Origin: Planctomycetota bacterium
GTDB lineage: Bacteria; Planctomycetota; UBA1135; UBA2386
Direction of reading: 5' to 3'
NCBI GenBank assembly: GCA_002684655.1
Contig: NYVR01000003.1
Coordinates: forward strand, 22,974 to 86,973
DNA: 64,000 nt
The notes below the pieces were generated by a model. That model did not search any database. It saw only the letters and a list, made by a program, of their open reading frames with translations, and was not told the origin of the DNA. Each line of letters starts with the position of its first letter. The stretch's first letter is position 1. Below, piece after piece: positions 11,746 to 21,153 of this stretch. The translations under genes and the position numbers were made by a program.

Positions 11746-12299
11746 GGTCGACCGTCCTTGTCGATGATGTTCTGCCAGACCCCGCGGGCCTTGAGGAGCT
11801 CTTCGATGACGTCCCGAACGGCGCCAAATCCCGCGGATCGATTGGTCACGAACTGCGCTTGCGTGAGCACCTCATCACGCGCCTCTGGGACGGTCGCAGC
11901 AAATCCGACCTGCCGGAGAACCGGCAGATCGAGCAGGTCGTCGCCGACGTAGGCGATGCGTTCTGGAGTCAGGTGCTGCCGCTGCAGGAGTTCTTCGAAT
12001 GCGGCTGCCTTATCAACGCGGCCCAGGATGACCTCTTCAACGCCGAGCTCTTGGGCTCGTCTCCTGACGATCTCGCCGCTTCGTCCAGACAAGAACCCTG
12101 AGCGCCCGCCACTGCGGTGCCAGTAGACGATGCCGGCGGCGTCGTGGACGTGGAACGACTTATATTCGCGACCTTCGAAGTCGAAGTTCACGCGGCCGTC
12201 GGTCAAGACGCCGTCGACGTCGAGCAGCAGGAAATCAATCGCGCACAGAGCCTCGTTTGTCGGGCGAGCGCGGCCGGGTGTTGGTGCAGTAGAACTCAT
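11742..12299 (-). CDS. kdsC: 3-deoxy-D-manno-octulosonate 8-phosphate phosphatase (HAD superfamily)
   Basis: 185 aa. FLLLDVDGVLTDG, YVGDDLLDLPV, and KdsC-like length. ATGA overlap with kdsD (12296-12299). Confidence 0.8.
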   Translation of the reverse strand: MSSTAPTPGRARPTNEALCAIDFLLLDVDGVLTDGRVNFDFEGREYKSFHVHDAAGIVYWHRSGGRSGFLSGRSGEIVRRRAQELGVEEVILGRVDKAAAFEELLQRQHLTPERIAYVGDDLLDLPVLRQVGFAATVPEARDEVLTQAQFVTNRSAGFGAVRDVIEELLKARGVWQNIIDKDGRP

Positions 12300-13267
12300 C
12301 CGATCTTCAGGTTGAGCAGGTCTTGGACGTCAAGCAGCCCAAGCAGATGACCGTGTTCGTCTACGACGGGGATCTGGTCGATCGCGTGCTGGTGCAGCAG
12401 CGCTAGCGCCTCCAGCGCGAACGTGTCGGGAGCGATCGATCGAGGCTTCGGAGTCATCGAATCTTGAATGCGCCGCTCACGCGGGTTCGACAAGCCCTCT
12501 TCGATCAGTCGCCGCAGGTCACCGTCAGTGAAAAAGCCCACCAGCTTGCCGTCCTTGTCAACGACGCTGGTGGCGCCCGGTCGCCCGGGGGTGCTGGTCA
12601 TCACCTCAACAGCGGTGAGCACGGTAGCGTCGTCCTGGACGCGCGGGTTTCTCTCGCCAGTTCGCATCAACTCTCCGACCTTCATCAGCTTGCGGCCCAG
12701 GTCTCCGCCGGGGTGAAAGCGTGCGAAGTCTTCCGGGCCGAAGTCGCGTCCTTCTTGGACGACCAGCGCCAAGGCATCGCCGAGGGCTAGCATGGCGGTC
12801 GTCGACGCGCTTGGCGCGAGCCCATGGGGACCCGCTTCATCGATGTGCCCAAGCTCGAGCACGAGGTCGCTGTGCCGACCTAGCGTCGAGCCGTGATCTT
12901 GCGTGATCGCGACGAGGGACGCGCCGCACGACTTGACGTGCGGCAGCATGACCAAAAGCTCCTCGGTTTCTCCGGACTTGGAGAAGGCTAGGAGCATGTC
13001 TCCCGCGTCCACACGACCTAAGTCACCGTGGATCGCCTCAGCGGGGTGGAGAAAAATGGACGGGGTGCCGGTCGACGCGAGGGTCGCGGAGACCTTCTGC
13101 GCGATGAAGCCCGCCTTGCCCATCCCCGTCGTGACGACGCGACCGCTCAGACCGAGGATCATGTCCAGGGCCTTTAGGAAGGGTTCACCAAGCCCGTCCG
13201 CCACCTGGCGAACCGCGGCAGCTTCGCACTCGACGATCTGCCGGGCGCGTTCGATCCTTGCGTCCAT
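12296..13267 (-). CDS. kdsD: Arabinose-5-phosphate isomerase (SIS domain plus tandem CBS)
   Basis: 323 aa. SIS motifs GRVVTTGMGKAGFIAQK and SKSGETEEL, with a C-terminal CBS pair. Confidence 0.9.
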   Translation of the reverse strand: MDARIERARQIVECEAAAVRQVADGLGEPFLKALDMILGLSGRVVTTGMGKAGFIAQKVSATLASTGTPSIFLHPAEAIHGDLGRVDAGDMLLAFSKSGETEELLVMLPHVKSCGASLVAITQDHGSTLGRHSDLVLELGHIDEAGPHGLAPSASTTAMLALGDALALVVQEGRDFGPEDFARFHPGGDLGRKLMKVGELMRTGERNPRVQDDATVLTAVEVMTSTPGRPGATSVVDKDGKLVGFFTDGDLRRLIEEGLSNPRERRIQDSMTPKPRSIAPDTFALEALALLHQHAIDQIPVVDEHGHLLGLLDVQDLLNLKIG

Positions 13268-13338
13268 CAGACACCAGAGATTACCAGGAGACGTAGCGAA
13301 CTCCGCTGACGAACTGGGCTAGCCGAAGCTCTGTGCGG

Positions 13339-14130
13339 TCAATCGACCGACGTCGAGGTGGAGCGCTCCCAGGCCTTCGTCAGGGTCTCGGTCTCGGCAT
13401 CTAGGAACGGCGCCTCGTCGACGTAGCAGAATCTTCCCCAATACTCGGAAGCGCCCATCGGGCTCGGAAAATGCGGCGCCGGCGTCTCGGCGGTCCGGGG
13501 TATCGACCAGGTGGCTTCGGGGGTTGCGATGACGTTCCAGGCAGCCGTCCTGCGCGCGTCGGCGAGGCGGATCAAGGCCTTCGCCCTGGCTGCCGCCGGC
13601 CCTCGAACGCCCATGACGCAGCAGGGCAAGATTTTGACCACCAGCTCGCAGGAGGTGGGCACGTCGATCACGCTTTTGCGGAGCGGTCGCTCATCGATCG
13701 ACGAGAGAAACGGCAGCTGTTCGTTGATTAGGTGCGCGTGGGCGCGCGGGATCGTCGCCGCGGCGCCGACGTTGTTCACCAAGGCGGTGCCGCCGCTGCG
13801 ATCGACCCAGTCAAAAAGGGCGCGCCAAAAGGTCTCGTCTGGCTCGCGCGCGGGACGCGCCATCCACAGGATCCGCTGATCCTGAGCGAACGGAAACTTG
13901 TTCGGCGTCAACGCGAGCGTCTCGCAACGCCAGTAGGACTCTTCGTCGATGATACGCTGTGCAGGAGCGCGGATGAACGGCTGCTGCTCGCCGTGGTCGT
14001 AGCCATGCCGGTTGCGTCGATGCGGTAAGAGCGCCAACTCAACAGGGGCGCCGAACACCGTCAGCAGCCGCTCCATGGTCGGGCGGAAGGGCGTTAGGTT
14101 GTCAGGCAGCGTCGTGGGCAGCTCAGGCAT
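13339..14130 (-). CDS. HIT-superfamily-like nucleotidyl transferase/phosphorylase (Ap4A-phosphorylase/GalT branch), tentative
   Basis: LTPNKFPFAQDQRILW and PRAHAHLI (HxH) resemble branch-3 HIT proteins. I prefer ATG 14130 (MPELPTT...) because the track ORF to 14391 would overlap fmt. Confidence 0.45.
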   Translation of the reverse strand: MPELPTTLPDNLTPFRPTMERLLTVFGAPVELALLPHRRNRHGYDHGEQQPFIRAPAQRIIDEESYWRCETLALTPNKFPFAQDQRILWMARPAREPDETFWRALFDWVDRSGGTALVNNVGAAATIPRAHAHLINEQLPFLSSIDERPLRKSVIDVPTSCELVVKILPCCVMGVRGPAAARAKALIRLADARRTAAWNVIATPEATWSIPRTAETPAPHFPSPMGASEYWGRFCYVDEAPFLDAETETLTKAWERSTSTSVD

Positions 14131-14266
14131 ACCTTGACCGATGTAATCGACACCGCCACGACGCTCAACCTTGCAGCGATATGGCCATTTGCCCTCGCTA
14201 CGCTTCGCGGCTAACGTACGAACGTCTGCTGCACACGCTGCAGCGACGTCTTTCACGGCTAGAACC

Positions 14267-15199
14267 TTGCGAATCGTATTTTTTGGCACCGGTGACTTCG
14301 CGATCCCTTCGCTGAAGGCTTTGCAAGAGAACGGGTTGTCACCTGAACTCGTCGTAACCAAGCCGGACGCTCCCCGCGGCCGCGGCCGCAAGATCTATGA
14401 CGCTGAGGTGAAGCTCGCTGCGCAGGACCTAGATTTGCCGTGCGCACAGCCTGCGGATCCGCGCGGCGATGAGTTCCTTGAGCAACTACGGGCGCTCAAG
14501 CCAGACGTTGGCGTGGTGATCAGCTACGGCGTGATCTTGACCTCAGAGATGTTGGCTGCCCCAAAGCACGGCATGATCAACGCTCACGCGTCTCTGCTAC
14601 CGCTGTACCGGGGCGCGGCGCCGATCCAGCGATGTATCCGCGACGGCCATAAAGAGACCGGGATCACGGTCATGAAGATCACCGAAGAGCTCGACGCTGG
14701 CGACGTGATGTTGGTCGAGAGGACCGAGATCGGCTCTACAGAGAACGCGGGCCAACTGCGCGTCCGGTTGGCTGAGCTCTCCGGCAAGGCGTTGGTGTCC
14801 GCGGTTCGTCAGCTCGATCAAGGTGAGGCAAGCTTCACGCCCCAAGACCACTCCAGGGCTACCTTCGCGCCAAAGGTGGAGAAGGAGCACGGCGTCATCG
14901 ATTGGACGCTCCCGGCGATTGAGGTCGATTTGCTGGTGCGTTCGATGACTCCAAAGCCCGGCGCGCAGACTCGCCTGGGGAACAAGCGCTTCATCGTGAT
15001 GGAAGGCACTGTCGAGCAAGACCTCTACGGGATGGGCATCCCCGGCGCGCTCCAGTCGGCCGGCGAGGAGGGCATCAGGGTCTGCACGGGTAAAGACCTC
15101 TACCGGATCACGCGCATCAAGCCCGACAACGGTCGCAACATGACCGCGGGAGAGTTCGTGCGTGGTCACCAGATCGCGCCGGACGCGCGATTTGGCTGA
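14267..15199 (+). CDS. fmt: Methionyl-tRNA formyltransferase
   Basis: LRIVFFGTGDFAIPSLKAL, NAHASLLPLYRGAAPIQ, and a C-terminal beta-barrel domain. Likely TTG start at 14267 (the track ORF begins at 14171). Confidence 0.9.
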   Translation: MRIVFFGTGDFAIPSLKALQENGLSPELVVTKPDAPRGRGRKIYDAEVKLAAQDLDLPCAQPADPRGDEFLEQLRALKPDVGVVISYGVILTSEMLAAPKHGMINAHASLLPLYRGAAPIQRCIRDGHKETGITVMKITEELDAGDVMLVERTEIGSTENAGQLRVRLAELSGKALVSAVRQLDQGEASFTPQDHSRATFAPKVEKEHGVIDWTLPAIEVDLLVRSMTPKPGAQTRLGNKRFIVMEGTVEQDLYGMGIPGALQSAGEEGIRVCTGKDLYRITRIKPDNGRNMTAGEFVRGHQIAPDARFG

Positions 15200-15205
15200 G
15201 CTGCT

Positions 15206-16507
15206 TTGGTAGGAGCCAGGGGCTTAGCGCAGCGCGCGCTCGTGGCGCTGCATAAAGATAGCAGCCGGCGTCTGCGCGCAGCGTTAGAGGGGCGCGGCGT
15301 TGAAGGCCGCGAGTTCGCGCTCGCGTATGAGTTGGCGCACGGGGTCGCGAGGCGCGAGCGCCTGCTCGATCATGTCTTGGCGGGGGTAGCCCATCGCGGT
15401 CTACCAAAAGACCCCGAGCTCCTCGTCGCGCTGCGCTTAGGCGCGTATCAACTGATCTTCACGTCGGGCGTGCCGGCGCATGCAGCTGTCCATGAGACGG
15501 TCGCGCTGGTTCGACATAACAAAGGCTTTTGCAACGCCGTCTTGAGGCGGATCGCTGGGATGATCCGTGAACGACCCGCTGACCCCTCGCAACCGCGACA
15601 CCAGCTGCCCATGGGAGCAAATCGCTCCTTCGAGCTTCCGTCACCGCTCTCAGGAGACGTCGTCGAACAACTCGCGGTGCTGCACTCGCTGCCCGATTGG
15701 CTGGCGCGGCGAGTCAACGACCAGCACGGCTCGGACGCGCTTGCGCAGCTCGCGTCTGCGGCGAGCGCGACTCCGCCGGTTCACCTCCGCAGCAGGGTCT
15801 CAGTAGACGATCTTGTCGCGAGTTTGCAGGCGGAGGATGTCGAAGTCGAGCGCGTCGGAGATGGGCCGCTGCTGCGTTGGCGCGGAGGCGCCTCACCGTT
15901 CGGCGTCAGCGCCTTTCATGAAGGCGCCTTTGTCGCGCAAGACCCGACGGCTGCGTCGGCTGCGGCGGCGCTGCCGTGCCGCGCTGGCGACACCGTGATC
16001 GATCTCTGCGCTGCGCCGGGCACCAAGACCGCCGTCCTCGCCGGGCTAGTCGGCGAGCGAGGCAAGGTCTTCGCCAGTGACCCTGACGACGTCCGCCGCG
16101 CACGGATCGCTGAGAATGTGTCGCGTCTCCGGCTTGAACGGGTCGTCGAGGTCGTCGACGACGAGGCGATGCTCAAACCAGCGGATGGGGTGCTCGCGGA
16201 TGTTCCTTGTTCGAACACCGGTGTGTTGGGCAGGCGCGTTGAAGTGCGCCGTCGGCTCACCCCTGAAGACTTCGCCGCGCTCGCCGGCTTACAGCGCCAG
16301 ATCCTCGATCGCGCGATCTCGTTGACTCGCGTTGGCGGCTACTTGGTCTACTCGACCTGCTCGGTCGATCGAGACGAAAACGAAGATGTGGTTGCGTCTG
16401 CGCTGGTCGCGCACTCTGACCTCGAACTGATCAAACAGCGTTTGACTATGCCGATGCAGGGTCAATGTGACGGCGGTTTCTATGCGCTGATGCGTCGCGT
16501 CAGCTGA
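15206..16507 (+). CDS. rsmB: 16S rRNA (cytosine-C5)-methyltransferase RsmB/Sun
   Basis: 433 aa. NusB-like N-terminus, SAM motif DLCAAPGTKT, and catalytic DVPCSNTGV and YSTCS. Follows fmt as in many bacteria. Confidence 0.85.
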   Translation: MVGARGLAQRALVALHKDSSRRLRAALEGRGVEGREFALAYELAHGVARRERLLDHVLAGVAHRGLPKDPELLVALRLGAYQLIFTSGVPAHAAVHETVALVRHNKGFCNAVLRRIAGMIRERPADPSQPRHQLPMGANRSFELPSPLSGDVVEQLAVLHSLPDWLARRVNDQHGSDALAQLASAASATPPVHLRSRVSVDDLVASLQAEDVEVERVGDGPLLRWRGGASPFGVSAFHEGAFVAQDPTAASAAAALPCRAGDTVIDLCAAPGTKTAVLAGLVGERGKVFASDPDDVRRARIAENVSRLRLERVVEVVDDEAMLKPADGVLADVPCSNTGVLGRRVEVRRRLTPEDFAALAGLQRQILDRAISLTRVGGYLVYSTCSVDRDENEDVVASALVAHSDLELIKQRLTMPMQGQCDGGFYALMRRVS

Positions 16508-16564
16508 GCAGCCGCGCGGTCGGGGTGTGGTCGGGCGCCGAGATCGGATAGAACGTCATGTCCT

Positions 16565-17134
16565 ATGGCACCGCGAACACCCCGTCGCCGCGCCGGCTCG
16601 TCTCGCCGCCGCGCATCTTCCGCCTCGAGCAACAACCAGATGCCGATGATCGTCGGGGGCGTCGCCGCGCTCGGATTGCTAGTGGCAGTCGTCGCGTTTA
16701 GCCGGCCGTCTGCTACCGGCGGGGAAGCGGAAAAGACCCAGCAATCGCCGCGCTCGCAGACGTCGCCGACGATTTCACGGACGCCGGTTAAGGTGGGCCC
16801 GGGCCGCGCCGGTAAGACCCCTGGCCGTCCTGCCCCGACCCTCACGACGCAGATGCTCCAGCAAGCAAACGCGCTGGTAGAAGAGGCGAAGGCGCTGAAC
16901 AACGACGGCACCAGGCTGAGAAATGCCGGAGACAACCGCGCCGCGCGCGCGAAGCAGTCCGAGGCCAAGCGAAAGATCGATGCAGCGATCTTGGTGATCG
17001 AGGCGCCGGCAGATTGGCAAGAAGAGGCCGATCTTGAAGGGTGGGCGATGCCTCCGGAGTACGTGTCTTTGGAGCACCTCTTCGGGCGCATCGCCAAGCT
17101 CCAGAAACGCATCCGCATGGGCGGCGGCAAGTGA
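16565..17134 (+). CDS. Hypothetical membrane-anchored protein
   Basis: 189 aa. Arg-rich N-terminus, one TM (MIVGGVAALGLLVAVVAF), a Pro/Thr linker and a helical C-terminus. G/C-ending codons predominate in this frame, so the opposite-strand ORF 16480-17130 is treated as a shadow. Confidence 0.6.
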   Translation: MAPRTPRRRAGSSRRRASSASSNNQMPMIVGGVAALGLLVAVVAFSRPSATGGEAEKTQQSPRSQTSPTISRTPVKVGPGRAGKTPGRPAPTLTTQMLQQANALVEEAKALNNDGTRLRNAGDNRAARAKQSEAKRKIDAAILVIEAPADWQEEADLEGWAMPPEYVSLEHLFGRIAKLQKRIRMGGGK

Positions 17135-17150
17135 GCCGAAGCTGAACGTT

Positions 17151-17981
17151 ATGTTGCTTGGCTACCACACCAACAGCTTGCAAAACCACCGGCTCGAAGA
17201 GGGTCTGCAGCTGCTATCGGAGTACGGTTACCGCGCGGTCGCGATCACCCCGGATACGTGCCATCTAGACCCGGCGCAAACCGAAGATGACGTGCTCGAC
17301 CAGCTGCGCAGTCGCCTCGTCGAACTGCGGTTGCATCCTGTCATGGAGACAGGCGCCCGCTATCTGCTGGATCCGGCGGTCAAGCACGAACCGACGCTGA
17401 TGACGGCCGATGCCGCTGGTGTAGAGCGACGAGTCGCGTTCTACAGGCGGGTAGCCGAGATGGGTCAAAGGTTGGGCGCCGAGGTCGTGTCCTTTTGGGC
17501 GGGCGTCGACCGCACCTCGCGCGACGACACGTGGTCGCGCTTGGTCCAGGGCGTCGCGGCGGCTTGCGCGGCGATCCGCGAGCATGGGCTGCGTCCTTCG
17601 TTTGAACCTGAGCCAGGTATGGCCGTCGAGACCCTCGGACAATACGAACGGCTGCGTGACGAACTCGGCGACGAGGCGCCAGCGCTCACGTTGGATGTTG
17701 GCCACCTCTACGCGGCGTGGGAGGGTGATCCAGCTGACGTGATTGCGCGCGCCGCGCCACACCTCGCTCAAGTGCATCTCGAAGATCACCGCCGCGGCGT
17801 CCACGAGCACCTCTTGCCGGGTGAGGGAGAGGTCGACTTCAGCGGCATCCTGGCCGCGCTTCGGCAGGCAGCTTATGCCGGCCCAGTTTGCTGGGAGATG
17901 TCACGCCACAGCCACTGCGCGCCAGACGCGGTCCGCCGTTGCCGCGAAGCGTGGGTCCAGAGCGGCGGCGATGCTAGGTGA
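17151..17981 (+). CDS. Sugar phosphate isomerase/epimerase (xylose-isomerase-like TIM barrel)
   Basis: MLLGYHTNSL..., FEPEPG and HLEDH patterns match the AP-endonuclease-2/xylose-isomerase-like barrel. ATG 17151 is preferred over the track start 17034, which overlaps the previous gene. Confidence 0.7.
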   Translation: MLLGYHTNSLQNHRLEEGLQLLSEYGYRAVAITPDTCHLDPAQTEDDVLDQLRSRLVELRLHPVMETGARYLLDPAVKHEPTLMTADAAGVERRVAFYRRVAEMGQRLGAEVVSFWAGVDRTSRDDTWSRLVQGVAAACAAIREHGLRPSFEPEPGMAVETLGQYERLRDELGDEAPALTLDVGHLYAAWEGDPADVIARAAPHLAQVHLEDHRRGVHEHLLPGEGEVDFSGILAALRQAAYAGPVCWEMSRHSHCAPDAVRRCREAWVQSGGDAR

Positions 17982-18020
17982 GGGCCCCGACAGCGCGGAC
18001 GCCCTCACGAGGTAAGCCAG

Positions 18021-18383
18021 TCAGTCCTCGTAGATCGTCATCAGCTCCCGCAGGGCAGCCTCAGCCTCGAGGTAGTGTTCGGTCAAGTGCGGCGTCAAGC
18101 GGCGAGAACGGTCCAGCTCGTGGTTCCTCGTGGTCGCCTGCAGCCGCTCGCAGATGTCCTGGACGGCCCGTGCGCCCAGGTGTCCGGATGAACCCTTCAG
18201 CGAGTGCGCCGCCCGCTCGGCTTTGTCGAAGTCCCCCTTATCCAGCGCTTCTTCAATGGTGCTTACCTTCGACGGGCTGTCGTCCAGGAACATCCGGATC
18301 AGGTCGAGCAGCAGCTCAGGGTCACCTTCTTCGGTGATCGAGAGCAGCTCTTCCAATACCGCTTGGTCCAAGACGTCTTTCAT
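18021..18383 (-). CDS. Histidine phosphotransfer (HPt) domain protein
   Basis: 120 aa. Canonical AHSLKGSSGHLGA phospho-His motif in a four-helix-bundle-sized protein. Confidence 0.8.
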   Translation of the reverse strand: MKDVLDQAVLEELLSITEEGDPELLLDLIRMFLDDSPSKVSTIEEALDKGDFDKAERAAHSLKGSSGHLGARAVQDICERLQATTRNHELDRSRRLTPHLTEHYLEAEAALRELMTIYED

Positions 18384-18475
18384 CGGGCTTCACCGGCTGG
18401 ATCGGCTCACCGAGAGCGGTACTTGATCTTGTAACGAGACTCCCGCGACGTCGCCTTATTATGGGCGGTTGCTTG

Positions 18476-19702
18476 CTACGGCTTGCCGCTCGCAGCGGCG
18501 CGCACTTCGTCGTCTGTTAACAGCCGTTTGCTGGACTTGCCGGCGTCGAGGACTCGCGCCACGACCTCGTCTGTAGGCTCGATCCCCATCCGCTCGAGGA
18601 CGAAGGCGGCGTTAGATCGCCCAGCCATGGGGCCGACAGCGATCCGCTGCTCCAAGCCGACCATGTGTGCAGGGACGCCAGAGTAGACTGAGTCTGCCAG
18701 CTCGGTGTCGCCCTTGCGGAACGCTTTGATGACCGCAGCAGCGTGAACGCCGGTGCCGGTCTCGAAAGCGTCCTTGCCGAGCACGGGATAGTTATGCGGG
18801 ACCTCTACTTCGAGCGCCTTGGCGGCGGCCTCGACGTATCCGGGCAATGTCGTCAGGTCGTTGTCGATCCACCCCAGCAGACGACAATTCACCAAGAGCT
18901 GATCCATCGGCGCGTTGCCGGCGCGCTCGCCGACGCCGAGCGCGGTGCCGTGTATGCGATCAGCGCCCGCCTCGATCGCCGCGAGGCAGTTCGCGATGCC
19001 GAGGTCTCGATCGCGGTGTCCGTGCCAGTCGACGCCGATTGACTCGTCGTGCTCGTCGGCGAGGTCACGCACAAACTTGACGACGGCTGCGGCGCCTGGA
19101 GGGGTGGCGTGACCCACAGTGTCGCAGACGCACAGCCGCTTCGCCCCGAGTTCGATCGCTGTAGAGTAGAGCGCCCGCACGGTGTCGGGCATGGCGCGCG
19201 TCGTGTCCTCGGTCACATACATCACGGGCAGCTGGTGGTCGCGCGCGAACGCCAACGCGTCGCGAGTGTTCTTCAGCATGCGATCGAGCGTCCAATCCTC
19301 AGCGTATTGGCGGATGTAGCTGCTGCCGATGAACGCGCAGACCTCGATAGGGATGCCTGCCTTCTGCGTCATCTCGACGACGGGCTCGATGTCACTGACA
19401 ACCGTACGACAGGCAACGTTGACGCCGATGTTGAGGCCGTTGTCGGCGATGTGTCGCGCGAGCCTCAGGATATCTTCGCGAGGGCGTCCGCCTGCGCCGG
19501 GGAGTCCGACGTTGGCGGTGTGGATCCCCAGCTTGTCCATTCGCTCGATCAGATCGATTTTGAGGTCGAGCGTGGGGTCGCTTACGGCCGGTGACTGCAG
19601 GCCGTCGCGTAAGGTTTCGTCGTCGAACTGGAGCGGACGAGCGGGCTTGTAGCTGCCGTCCGTCTGGTTCCAGTCGTGGATGAGCTCCGCGATGCGTTCC
19701 AT
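18476..19702 (-). CDS. HMGL-like (DRE-TIM metallolyase) protein of the 2-isopropylmalate/homocitrate synthase family
   Basis: FDDETLRDGLQSP, HGHRDRDLGIANCLAAIEAGA. About 408 aa, with no LeuA regulatory domain. Confidence 0.7.
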   Translation of the reverse strand: MERIAELIHDWNQTDGSYKPARPLQFDDETLRDGLQSPAVSDPTLDLKIDLIERMDKLGIHTANVGLPGAGGRPREDILRLARHIADNGLNIGVNVACRTVVSDIEPVVEMTQKAGIPIEVCAFIGSSYIRQYAEDWTLDRMLKNTRDALAFARDHQLPVMYVTEDTTRAMPDTVRALYSTAIELGAKRLCVCDTVGHATPPGAAAVVKFVRDLADEHDESIGVDWHGHRDRDLGIANCLAAIEAGADRIHGTALGVGERAGNAPMDQLLVNCRLLGWIDNDLTTLPGYVEAAAKALEVEVPHNYPVLGKDAFETGTGVHAAAVIKAFRKGDTELADSVYSGVPAHMVGLEQRIAVGPMAGRSNAAFVLERMGIEPTDEVVARVLDAGKSSKRLLTDDEVRAAASGKP

Positions 19703-19848
19703 GGGCCGCGCATTATGCCGCATGAGGGCGTTATCAAAGCCCTGAACCTGGACAGGATTAGGATGTGGTCCGCTGGGCCGTGCGCCGCCCGAGCGTCGCG
19801 CCGCTGGTAGACCGCGTCGATCCGTTGCATGATCCCCTCGTGATCGTC

Positions 19849-21153
19849 ATGAAGTTCGGCGGCACCTCCGTGGGAGGGGCACCTGCCATCCAGCAGGCTG
19901 TCGAGATCGTGCGGTCGCATGCGCTGCAATCGCCGGTCGTCGTGGTCTCTGCGCTCGCGGGGGTGACGGACACGTTGCTGGGGTTGGCTGCGGACCCGGT
20001 CGGCCGCATCGCTGACGTCGACGCGCTCGCGGCCCGCCACCGTGAGGTCCTCGGCAGCTTGCAGCTGGACGGGCGCTTGCTGGACCCCGTGCTCGGGGAG
20101 CTGGGTGAGCGCTTGCGTGGCGTTCGGCTCACCGGGGAAGCGACGCTCCAGGAGATCGACGCGGTTGCCAGTTACGGCGAGCGCTTGAGCGCGCGAGTCG
20201 TCGCGGCTGCGCTGTCGGCGGCAGGCGTCGAAGCTACGGCGATCGACGCGTCCGACGCAGGGTTGCGAACCGACAGCAAGTTCGGCAGGGCTAGGCCTGT
20301 GCCAGACGACGGGCGCATTCGGCGACACTTGACCAGCGCGGCCGGCGTCCCGGTCGTCACGGGCTTCTTTGGCGCGGATGAGGACGGCAACATCACCACG
20401 CTAGGCCGTCACGGGAGCGACTTCTCAGCTGCCTTGATCGGCGCTGCTGTGTCCGCTGAAGAGGTGCAGATCTGGACCGACGTAGCCGGCGTGCACACGG
20501 CGGATCCGCGAATCGTGCGCAACGCTCGGCCCATTCCGAGGATGAGCTTCGCGGACGTCGCTGACCTGGGCGCCTTCGGTAGCAGGGTGTTGCACCCCGC
20601 CGCGATGGCGCCGCTCCGCATGAAACAGATCCCGCTCCGCGTCCGCAGCACCCGCTCGCCGAGCGCAGAGGGCACGCTCGTGCAGGAGCGGGTTGAAGGT
20701 CGCGGTAAGGCCGTTCGGGCGATCGCTCACCGCGACAACGTCGCGTTGATCACCGTGCGGTCTCAGCGGCTCGTGCCGCAGCACACCTTCTTAAGTGACG
20801 TTTTTCGAGCGCTGGACGCCGTGGGGTGCGAGGCAGGTCCCGTCGCCGTCGGAGAGGCGGCCGTCACGGTGGCGGTCGAGGACGCTCACGTCGACGCGGT
20901 TGTCGAGATGCTCGGAAAGTATGGTGAGGTCGACGCGACCGTAGGCCGCGCTGTCGTCGGTCTCATCGGCGACGTCGCGCTCGAAGGCCTAGGCGGTATC
21001 AGCGGAGTCTTGGACGCGCTCAGGCGTTCGGGGATACCGGCGGATTTCTCAGGTCTCGTGACTATGGGGAGCGGCGTGACGCTATCGGTTCCGGCGGATC
21101 AGCTCGTCGCGACAGTCGAGTTCTTGCACGCCGCGTGTTCTCTCGAAGATTGA
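19849..21153 (+). CDS. lysC: Aspartate kinase
   Basis: MKFGGTSVGG, SALAGVTD, GRHGSDFSAA, and C-terminal ACT domains. An alternative GTG start lies at 19840. Confidence 0.9.
   Translation: MKFGGTSVGGAPAIQQAVEIVRSHALQSPVVVVSALAGVTDTLLGLAADPVGRIADVDALAARHREVLGSLQLDGRLLDPVLGELGERLRGVRLTGEATLQEIDAVASYGERLSARVVAAALSAAGVEATAIDASDAGLRTDSKFGRARPVPDDGRIRRHLTSAAGVPVVTGFFGADEDGNITTLGRHGSDFSAALIGAAVSAEEVQIWTDVAGVHTADPRIVRNARPIPRMSFADVADLGAFGSRVLHPAAMAPLRMKQIPLRVRSTRSPSAEGTLVQERVEGRGKAVRAIAHRDNVALITVRSQRLVPQHTFLSDVFRALDAVGCEAGPVAVGEAAVTVAVEDAHVDAVVEMLGKYGEVDATVGRAVVGLIGDVALEGLGGISGVLDALRRSGIPADFSGLVTMGSGVTLSVPADQLVATVEFLHAACSLED

Noticed and set aside
16480-17130. 216-aa minus-strand ORF almost exactly mirroring the 16565-17134 plus-strand ORF.
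   Set aside because: The plus-strand frame has the G/C-ending codon bias of real genes here and a sensible TM-plus-helical architecture. The minus-strand product is Ser/Ala/Pro/Arg low-complexity.
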